A stretch of 64,000 nucleotides of DNA from Selaginella moellendorffii (Eukaryota > Plantae > Lycopodiophyta): positions 196,752 through 260,751 of the forward strand of contig NW_003314283.1 of NCBI RefSeq assembly GCF_000143415.4, given 5' to 3'. Each line of letters begins with the position of its first letter. Positions within the stretch are counted from its first letter, which is position 1. The position numbers and the translations under genes are program-made. The notes below the pieces were generated by a model. That model was not told the origin of the DNA, did not search any database, and saw only the letters and a program-made list of their open reading frames with translations. This document shows, piece after piece, positions 13,894-24,430 of the stretch.

Positions 13894-15972
13894 TTAGAAG
13901 CTCCCTTCGGCTGTAGCATTCTCGTCTTCGTTAGATTCTTCTCTCGCGAATTCCTCTAGAAGTTGCCGCTGCCTATCACTCACGGTTCTGGAGAATCAAG
14001 AGCAACAAGATCAATCGCAAAGAACACTCGCAAGAACAAGAAAGAAAATCATACGTTGGGATGTTGACGCGGAAGTGCACGTATTGATCGCCATAAGCGT
14101 GTCGTTGCGTGACTTTGATACCTGAGGAAGACGAGGGAGTTAAAAGGAAGCTAAACTCTCAAAAGTACCTTTTCCACGCATCACTTGCTTCTGACCGGGT
14201 TGAGTACCAGGCTTGACCTGTGTTCGCAAAACCAAGATCAAAATCCATTTCCTTGAAACGTATAGCCTACCTTCAACATGACTGATCCTGTCAGTGTTGG
14301 CACTTCAATGGTTCCACCCAGAACAGCCTTGAAAACATTTCAAGTTATCAGAAAAGAAAGGAAAACTAGAGAAAAACGATCTACCTGAACCAAAGTGATC
14401 GGAACATCAACGTGGACGTCAGCGCCTTCTCTCCGGAAAACTGGATCTGGCTTAACCTGCATCAAAAGAAGTCGACAAGTTAAACAATAACTCTGCGAGT
14501 GACCGAGGATTCATACCTCTACTTTGACTATGAGATCTCCGGCTCGTTGTCCCCGAGAACCACTTCCTCCCTCGCCAGATATCTTCAAGTTCATTCCACT
14601 TTCAATACCGGCGGGAATCTCCACATCAACTTCTTTGACACCCATCACTGTGCCAGACCCTTGACAGGCCTTGCAATGCTCCTGCGATTTACCAAAAGCT
14701 TTAGATCGTTCTTCATGCTAATATCCACGTACCTTGACGAACTGGCCGCTTCCTCCGCATGCTGTGCAACTGGACTCCACGGAAAAGAATCCTTTTTGCA
14801 TGAATATCTGGACAAAGAATCGTCATATTTGACAGAACACGAAGAGGAAAAAATCCTACCCTCCCAGCTCCCCTGCACGACTTACAAGTCTGCGGCTTTA
14901 CTCCGCTTGGAACGCCAGCACCCTCTGCCAACACAAGTGATATCAAACTAACATCTACAGGGACGAAAACTGGAAAAGACTTACTGCACTTTTCGCATCG
15001 TACTTGAGTTCGATATGTGACTTTGGTTGTGCAGCCATTTACCGCTTCCATGAAAGAAATTTGTACATTCACCTGTACAGTAGTTAAGGTCAGATTTGAA
15101 CCTTGAGAACGAGGAATCACACTTACGTTTGTGTTCTTCGGTCCTTTTCCACCGAACATCGAATTTAAAATCTGCGAAGGAAAAACTCACATCTTAAGTT
15201 CATTCATTAGAAATTCTGCGCTTACATCCTCCATGTTTGGACCACCACCGGGGCCATTAAAGATGTCCTCAAATATCGAGCTGAAACCCGGACCGGGCCC
15301 AGGCGGTACTCCATCTGCTCGCTCGACATAAGCGTGATGTCCCACCTGATAAAAACACAGTCTAAAACTCCTTTCAATCCAATTAATTCTTACTTGATCA
15401 TAAATACTCCGCTTTTGATCGTCTTTCAAAACTTCATATGCCTGCTGGATTTCCTGGAACTTCTTATCAGCCTCAGGATCGTCCTTGTTCATATCAGGAT
15501 GGTGTTTCTTGGCAAGCTGCGAAGAAAGAAGATCAAAACTATACAAAAAATCACCCTTTGCATACCGCATAATAGGCTTTCTTGATGTCTGACGCACTAG
15601 CTGTCTTTGACACCCCGAGTGTATCGTAAAAATCGTTCCTTGGAGCTGTCAGCAGCAGCAGTACACTGAGAAAACATCCATGAAAGAGCCAAATACCTGT
15701 GGAATGGAAGCCTCTAGCACTCGACGTGTAAAAAGCCCCTCTTCCAACATTGCTACGCGCAAAACTACTATAACAATGTCTCGGACCATGCGAGTATATA
15801 TTCTGCTGTGAAACCTCTCCAGATGAGATCGCTGAGAACTAAAATTTTCGCAAATTCTGACCTGAGTCGCCGAGCTCCGGATGTTCCCGCCCTCCCACAG
15901 GCCACAGCGGCTCAATACAGCCCTCACAGCGCGTCGCCCCGCTGCTCCAGAGATGATCCGATGATGCACCAT
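13894..15972 (-). CDS. GFA2: Type I DnaJ chaperone, GFA2-like (tandem paralogue 2)
   Basis: Same domain order as paralogue 1 ([38 protein letters not shown]); MVHH start shared; stop at 13894. Confidence 0.9.
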
Positions 15973-16136
15973 AGCGCATTCGCGAATGCCGGAAGAAATC
16001 CCAGCCCGGCCAGCTGCTGCGAAGCGTGCCCGCGCCGCGGAGCGCTCTCGTCACGAAGCGCCCTAACCCTAATCCTATGGAGTATATTCGTTCGCATCAA
16101 AGGGTTTAACGCCCAAGATTTAGGAGACACATGGCG

Positions 16137-17876
16137 TTATATTACTCGGAGAAGGCAATTTGTTAAATATGAGCCCTCTGGATATGCCAGATCAATCGGG
16201 TGGTCTGGTCCAGCTCCAGAAACACGAAGCAATGCGGCTTTTCTTCCAGCGGCTCTCGCAGCCTCCTGGAAACCAAAGAAGATTTTTCAAACTCTCTAGG
16301 CCTAGAACAAAATGAAGAGGAATGGATCACCTGGATGATCGATAAGAAGTTCTGGCTTTGTGCCACAGCGCCAGAGCACGAGCAAGTCATTAGCAATCCA
16401 CCAGGTTTGGTTAATTGCATCGCCATTGCGTTTAGGTTGCGGTATTTGATCGCAGCTTTCTCGAGAAACTGGAAAGAGAAGTAGTGAGCCTTCTGTCAGT
16501 GGCCAGAAAAGAAAATTTAAGAGAAACCTTGCGGCTCGGTGCCAGCTTTGGAGGATCAAGCACAACCACGTCCCAGGTTTCTCCTTTTGACAGCGCGGCT
16601 TTCATGTACTGAACAATGTCCGCCTTCTCAAACGTAATCACTTGTGGATCTATGTTGTTGAGAGAGATGTTTGCGTCCGCAAGGTCTATAGCAGACTTCG
16701 AGGAGTCAACGCCTGCACGGATGAAGATTATGAATCACGAAGGCAGACTACAAGACTATAAAGTTACCAATGACTCGAGAAGCTCCTGTGATGGCTGCGT
16801 TGAGCGCAAAGGCACCAGTGTAGCAGCAAAGATCCAAAATGGTTTTATCTTTGCAAAAGGACCTGAGTGCCAGCCGATTATCTCGCTGATCGACGTAAAA
16901 TCCAGTCTTTTGTCCCCCCAAAGAGACTTGATAAGCAATACCGTTTTCAAGCACCTGGCAGCACAAGCTCGTATCACTGAAAAATCCGTCACTAAATCCC
17001 TCAATAAACAAATGAATAAGAGAACTTACGTGAACTTCTTCGGGCCTTTCTTCTGATTCAATCACGCATTCGAAGCCTTCTTCCTTCAGCAGCTCCACAG
17101 ATGGCCTCCAAGTCAGAAGTTTCGTCCCGACTAATCTCTTGAGAGTTTCCTCTATGTTCGTCTTGTATTTTTCGACCCACGCAGCAGACGATGCCACAAC
17201 TATATGCTTGTCAAAGACATCCACCACAAGTCCCGAAAGCCTGGAATAAAAGAGCAGCTCAATACAAATGTAACAAAGAAACAAAGCTCGACACATACTT
17301 GCCTATCACCTTCACTGTTGACAAGCCGATAAACATTTGTTTCACTGGAAGGAAGGCCCAAAGCTTTTCGAAGCGCAAGAGCTCCAGACAATCTAGTCTC
17401 GATAAGCTTCTCAATATCAAAGTTGGAGTGTGGATCTCTGGAGAAAAGAAAGTAGCATACCATGAGAACAAATTCTTTCCTTCATAATTCTTTACCTTGC
17501 AGCTTCGTCTTGGGTTTGTAACACACGAACCCGAAACATAGAGACCGCATTGTAGACTCCCCAAGCGATAGGCTCTTCGGCGCCATTCGTGACAAGCACG
17601 AGATCCCCCGTCTTGGGAGGAGGCCGGCCGATAATCCGATCGATGGCGCCGCTAAACACCATGGGATTGCCAGTGACGAAGATCTGCGCCTTGCCCTTCT
17701 TCAAGACGACCCTAGAAACACCTGGCATTGCATCCATTGCGATCAAAATGCCGCGAAATATCACAATCCCGGGAGAAATCCTTACCGGGATTCAAAGACG
17801 CTACTTCCGCCAGGCGCTTGCTTCCAGCGGCGGAGCTTGCGGCCCATCGCGCCACCAGAGGCGCCAAACACGACAT
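16137..17876 (-). CDS. rlmI: RlmI/YccW-like SAM-dependent rRNA methyltransferase (PUA-like domain plus MTase), probably organelle-targeted
   Basis: [70 protein letters not shown] and AGPDHP..YLT; spliced first exon MSCLAPLV from 17876. Confidence 0.9.
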
Positions 17877-17972
17877 GAAAAACGAAAAACCCTAATCCTC
17901 CGTACAACGGCTTTAGATATTTGAAAATAGGGCTTATTTACCACAAAAGTTTTAGGTCGAACTACCAGAGCG

Positions 17973-20725
17973 ATGGGGATGGAGGGGCGCCTAGACCTTC
18001 TTCCAATGTAAGTTCTTGTGAGATATTTGGGAAAATCTGTGCATCGCTCGCTTTTCCAGGTATGCGGCAATGTGCAAGCGCCACAAAATCGATCAAAACC
18101 CGGCGATCGTCAGATCTCTCCAGAAGGTACTCCTAGGTTCTTATCTCCTAGCCGGGCAATCTCACTCGATCGGGATTCCAGCAATTCGCCACGGGAGGCG
18201 ACGAGCTGGAGCTCGAGGTAGGCGACGATGTGGGAGAGATCGAGGTTTGCTGCGTCAGGGATTTTCTCAAGCTAGATTTATGGTCGGCGGTGGATTTAAA
18301 GATCACAGGCGACTGCTGGAAGAGCTGGAAGAATAACACGCTTGTAAGTCTCTTGACGGCGTCCAAGGACAGGCTTCGTCATGTAGATCTCAGCGCATGT
18401 ACTTATCGAAGAGAATTCGTAAGGTCAGTACTTTTGTTCTTCTTTCCTTGCATTTGTTTCACACTTTCCTTTCAGGTTTCTCTATAGAGTTGGTTTATCC
18501 TGCGAGACTCTAAAGCTTGGCCAATGTAGCGCGCCTACACGGAAGTTTAGCCTCGCCGGTGAGTTTCATCGCTTGGAAGTTCTCATAGTGGATCACAGCC
18601 GAAGTATCACCCTCTTGTCAAGCACTTGCTTCGAGGGCATGCCAAAGCTAGCGAAGCTTTCAATGTGTGGCACGGGCATCGTCAACCTTTGGACAACATG
18701 TCGTGCTCTTTCCAAGCTGCCGAGCCTCCGAGAGCTTCGCTTCCAGCGCTGCGTGTGTTGCGAAGGGACTGGCCACTGTATTGCTCCACCGCCCGACGAT
18801 TGTGATGGGCAAAACATTTCAGCCGGGAGTTCTGGTGATGACCAAGAAGTTGAGAAAATGGAAATTTTTCAGAAGGGGACGGATGAGAGTGACTACTGGG
18901 ATAGTAGCGGCGATGAAGAAGAGGAAGAAGAAGAAGAAGAAGAACAGGAAGAACAGGAAGAATATGATGAACTTGGAGAAGAAGAAGTTGTAGAAAGCGA
19001 GCTGGATACTGATCTGGACGAACAGTTCGTTTGTCTCGAAGCTGTGGAACCCGAAGCTGGAAACGATGAACCACCAAAGGCCGAGGAGCGGCAACTAAGC
19101 TATCTTTTCCAGTCAACAATATGCCACGAGAAGTTCTACCAACAGTTTATGATATCGTCACTCCCGAAGCTTCAAGTACTGGACAATCTGGAGATCACAC
19201 AGGAAAGCAGGAAAAAGGCATGGATAGTCTACTGCGACAACTTTGAGCGCTCGCCAAACACTCGGCGACGGCGGGAGGGCATTGTGGAGATACTTAAGAG
19301 CAGGGAGAGAGGCGGCGACCGGGGACCTCACAAGAAGAGGAAAATAAACGAGACGAGAGCTCTGTCTACTTCCAAGCTGTGTGACTGGCCTGCTACAAGC
19401 GTCGTCTACAATCCTTGCAAGTCCAACGTGGATATTAACAGGAGACTTAAGCCGCGGCAATTTGAGTACCACCCCAAGGATCCAGCTCTTATGGTTCTCG
19501 GGACACTAAACGGAGAACTAGCTGTGGTAAATCACGAGGAGGATAGACTGGTGGCTTATATTCAAGCTTCTACAGTTCAGCACCGCGTGCTGGGATTATG
19601 CTGGTTGAACAACGAGCCTGACAAGGTACCCGTGTATTTCTCTTTTCTTCTTTCCAATTCTTTTTCTTTCGTTTGCAGTTTATAGCAGGTTCTGACAATG
19701 GTGTGTTGGAACTTTATAGCTTGTCTCGGATGCGAGCTGCGACTATGGCGTGCACATATATGTGCGGTTCAGTGCACAGATTTAACGACTTCGAGCAGCT
19801 CACCTCCGTTCATATCAATTCGCAAGACGAGCTCTTTCTCGCAAGTGGCTACAACAAGAATATTGGCCTCTACGATCTTCAAACCGCCAGGCTAGTCAAG
19901 GTATTTCCTCATCTTCATGAGGACCACATAAACGTCGTCAAGTTTGCGCATCACTCGCCCAAGACGTTCGCTACTTCCTCGTTTGACAAAACTGTGAAGA
20001 TGTGGGACCTTAGAACGACGATGACTTCGCCAGTTTACTGTACTACCAGTCGATCCGGGAACGTCATGCTGTGTTTCTCTCACGACGACCATTTCGTTTT
20101 GGTTTCCGCGGTGGACAATGAGGTAACTTCCATCTCTTTTGAAGATCTTTACTATCCTGCATTACAGGTAAGGCAGTACCTTGCTGCCGATGGAAGACTT
20201 CACACGAAGTTCGACATCACACCAGCAAATAGCAGGCGAAACTACACAAGATCATACTATATGAACGGCAGGGACTACATTATCACTGGCAGCTGCGAAG
20301 AAAACCGGATCGGAGTTTACAGTGCTCAAACTGGAAGGCGACTGAGAGATGTAACGCTGGAGGTAACTTCCACGTTTATAGTTTCAAGGCTATAGCTAAC
20401 TGTTCGTGCAGGGACGAGGTGTAAATAATTCCTTGTACGTGCAGTCACTGAGGGGTGATCCTTTTAGAGTAAGTCAAGTTCTTACGTCTACTCTTTAGAT
20501 TCAAGTAGCTAAGATTGCCTCAAACAGGATTTTCACATGTGTGTCCTTGCGGCTTACAATCACCCTCACCAGCGATCAGAGATTGTCAAGGTGAAGATAC
20601 CTTCTTTCTTTCTCTACTCCTGACCCGGGTATCTTCACCAGATCAACATGGTCGCGTCAAGCAACTACGTCGGGCCTACAGATTCTCAGTCCTCGTTCAC
20701 TGGCGGAAGCGTCAGCGGAGCATAA
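17973..20725 (+). CDS. DHU1: DWD hypersensitive to UV-B 1 homologue (LRR + acidic tract + WD40)
   Basis: N-terminal LRRs, KPRQFEYHP..LMVLGTLNGE, FEQLTSVHIN, HINVVKFAHHSP..FATSSFD, NYTRSYYMNGRDYII and SLYVQSLRGDPFR, the layout of plant DHU1. Confidence 0.88.
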
Positions 20726-20761
20726 ATTCTTTCAAAAACAAGCCAGTCCTGGTTCCACTCT

Positions 20762-22046
20762 CTACTGCAAAGTGATTACTAGACGAGAGGAACTCGCTTG
20801 CAGCCGCTTCAAGTCATTGTACATCTGGGGATGCCGGGCCTCGAACAGCTCCATCAGATTCCACTCCTCACTGTCCTGGAGGAGACGTGAGCAATTCACA
20901 GTCAGGACCTTGAGCCCGGGGCAATGGACGAGCAGAGCTTCCAGCAGCTCAAAGCATCCGTTCTCTTCGAGAAAAACCGTGGCCTTGACAAGCTTAAGTT
21001 TGGCCAAGACATCGCCATCAATCTCCTTACAGAAACACTGCACAAGGAAAGACAGTTTTACACTCAGAAGAAACCGAGCTTTTACGTACCTCGAGCATGT
21101 TGCCGCCGAAAGTGATGGTGTCCAGCCGCGAGAGGCCGTGAAAGAACGTTTTCCAAGCAACAGGCTCCGGGTCCGACACCGAGACATCGATCTTCACCTC
21201 GGAGATGTTGGGTACGAGCTCCACAATGCTGTGAATCTCCTTAAACTCCCACTCACTTCCTCCCATTGTCAGGATCTCAACGTTGTCGAGCGAAACCACG
21301 ATCAAGTCCTTGCAGCGCGACGGCAAGTGTAACTCCCGGAGCTCTGGAGCGACAAGAACACAGCTGATCCCGTCCAGCGTGAGGCACTTGAGGTTCATGG
21401 TTTCCAGCATGATGAACGGCGGCCCAGTCTCGGGACCCTCACGACGATCCACTGCCAAATGGACGCTGTTAACGTTGCTGTTCGTGAGCCTCACTTTAGC
21501 GGTCTGGAAGTTCTTGACGACCAGCTTGTCGAGAGCCGGGCAGTGATTTAGAACCGAGACCACGGCCGGGTGCTTGAAGCTGGAATCGTCGAGAACGCAT
21601 TCACGGAGGGTGGTGAGATCGAAGTTTAGCATCGGAAGGAGGAACGCTATCGATCCATGGACTCGCAGGGCCGAGAGTTTTGAGCAGTTCTTCACCAGGT
21701 TCCAGAGATTAAGCTCCTTTGTGCTCACATACCAGAGCTCCAAGTCCTGTATGGAGTCTTTAACGATTTCTATCCAGCTTGAGAGGAGTTCTTCCGGAAT
21801 GTCGCAGCCCTGGTGGATTTCTATGGCGAGATTCTTGATGGAGTGGGCGCGGCGGAGCATGGGAGCCACGGCATTGGCGTCGGATTGCTGGGCGAGCGTG
21901 AAGTGGAGGGAATCGACATACCTGGAGAGGGATTGCCAGCGGCGGCACACGGGCGCTAGGGTTGCGATGCTGCGCGCGTCCTTGAGATCGGCGAAGATGG
22001 AGAGGACGGCCTCTGCGGGGAGGGATTCGAAGCTCGCCTCCTCCAT
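20762..22046 (-). CDS. F-box/LRR (RNI-like) protein, two exons
   Basis: F-box FESLPAEAVLSIF..LAPVCRRWQ followed by LxxLxL repeats (CPALDKL, CPGLKVL); one short intron near 21030-21088. Confidence 0.88.
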
Positions 22047-22089
22047 TGCATTAGAGGCAGAGGAAACCTAAAACCTGGAAGAAATATCT

Positions 22090-22142
22090 CCACGTCGGAG
22101 TGCCACGTGTAAATTATTCTTCCACGTATGCATGCCACGTGT
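22090..22142. promoter_or_regulatory. Cluster of four ACGT-core (G-box/ABRE-type) motifs upstream of the F-box gene
   Basis: CCACGTC, GCCACGTGT, CCACGTA and GCCACGTGT lie within 55 bp, about 45-95 bp upstream of the ATG. Confidence 0.6.
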
Positions 22143-23733
22143 TAACTACCTAGTGTGTGATTTAATCAGCATTGGGAACATTTAGTTCTTCCTTTTTTTT
22201 AATTTCTGTTTCGCGTGCCAATAGTCATGTACAAAGATGGCGAGACTTTGATGAGGTCCTTGCTGGCCGTCAAAGTTGCAGATATCCAAATCAACAATGC
22301 AGGAGGAAAATAACAAAAGGTGAAATCAAATTTAAACACAAATGATAAGCAAGAATATACCTTGATTACTAGGAGAATATTTTAGATATATTCCTTACCT
22401 ATAGGTTCTCAAATCTGAAATTGTAGCTTTTCTCTACTGGCAGGCTGCTGAAACTGGAATTCTACCAATGAGCTCATGGTCTAGCTAGCACTTGAGATCA
22501 ATACAAATTTTATAATATTTCTGGTACTTAAAAGTTGAGAATCTGCTCAAATTCCACAAGAATTCCATAAATTCCATATTCTACCATTGTCAATGGGAGG
22601 TCATTAGACATTCTGTTCATTGTTCCATATCATGGATAATTCTTTGTAGATTCAATGGTTCTCTCAAAATAAAACCCTAGGGACAACAGCTGTGCTGTGG
22701 CTCCTTATATGATAAGTAATTCTGAAATTGTGGATTGGATGTAGAAAGTCACCTTCAAACTTAACAATTAGAGAAAAATAATACCATCTCTACTGGAATT
22801 GCTTGAAATTGTTTTTTGTCCATGACTACAGATGGATCCCCATGTGAACAAAGTCCATTGAACAAAGCATGTCCTAATAGTGATTAGAAATTAGACACAA
22901 TTTGTTAGTGATATATAATAATTTTATTTAATAAAATGAAAAACAAATAATATAGATTTGTGAATGCATAGAATATAAAAAAGGAATATAGAAATGTGCA
23001 TATCAATTAGAAGTGAATGGTCCAAATTGAAACCAATTTAACGGTTATCAAAATCCCACTATATTAATATTAGTATATAGCATCATACTTATACACTTGA
23101 ACTTCATATCATCCCTTTCTCTTGGAACGATAGAAAATAATTAAGATTCTCTAGTGGACGGGTCAGAATCTAGAGGAATATCAGAAAAAGGTATTGGTGG
23201 ATTTGTAGATGGTGCAAATTAATCATGATCCCTTTATACAAAGCGTTTTAACACTTAAATATGCATAATTTTTAGAGGATCAACTTATTAGACATCATTC
23301 TAAACCTCATGAACTTGTGCTCCAACTTGCCATAACACCTACCTTCTATTGAGCAACAAGCCTCTTAAATAAACTATGTACTGTAAAATTAGGAAAACTA
23401 ATTAACACCAAGTCATCCACTTTGTATTGCACAAGAGGACAATGATAAGGAGTTGTAAAGCTATTATTGTCCCAAATGTTCAATAGACTTTGTTTGAACA
23501 AGCAGAAGAATGCTCATTAAATATTGATCTCAAAACTTAATATCAGCAATTTATGGTAATCATAAAGGTAAACTCAACTCTATTAACAATATTAGATCAT
23601 GGGTATATAGGACTTTATATAGTGAAACACCAATAGAACTCTATACCCTTATGATATATGCATACCAAAAAGATGATAAGTAACCATCCCAATTCGATTG
23701 TTGAAAATTTATATACTTTATGATCATCCCTTT

Positions 23734-24085
23734 TGTCGCGAATGTGACTTCGGGTATCGAAAGTTACCTGTCAGCCAATCCTTACAGACACTCTTACTTT
23801 ACTGCCACGATGGCAAGAGGTCGGTATTGCTGGACCTATTATCAGTTTCCCACTTGAGCTAGTTGAGAAACTAGTCAATGACCGTGTACTTAGATCGGAT
23901 AAACATAAGGTAGGAACCCTATGTGTTTTTTGCTGAGCATACTCGGCCTGGTTTGAGAAACTCTTATCATTGGCTTGCATTTGTTAGTATCAAAAACCCC
24001 CGTGATATTGAGATTGGTTCTGCTTCGTGGTGTTATCCTATAGTAAAGCACCATATGATAAAGGGTCAAAACCACATGCGCTACA
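23734..24085 (+). mobile_element. Solo LTR of family B with internal deletion
   Basis: Both termini present (TGTCGCGAATG...CATGCGCTACA), opposite in orientation to the B LTR at 24222; flanks CCTTT / CTTAG. Confidence 0.85.
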
Positions 24086-24430
24086 CTTAGATAATAGTTC
24101 TGTATTTATGGCTAAGGCATTTGATGTTTTAACATTCGAGAGGGATATGCTACACTTTCACGAGTACTTATCATGAATAAATAGATAGATTGGTGAAATG
24201 GTTTATTTGGACCTTCAAAGGTGTAGCGCACATGGTTTTGACCCTTTATCCTGTGGTGATTTACCATAGGATAACACCACGAAGCGGAACCTAAACCCTC
24301 TTTGTGCCACGTGACAGATGCCACATGTTTCATGCCACGTGTCCATAGGACAGTAGTGTGGAACCCGAGGTTTAGGGCCTTGGGCCACTGAACGAAGGAA
24401 CGGTGTCAAACTCCCAAGCATAGAGCCAAA

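Noticed and set aside
7079-22071. Numerous ORFs antisense to HASTY, DnaJ, RlmI-like, DHU1 and F-box exons
   Set aside because: Shadow frames of real coding exons with no independent motifs.
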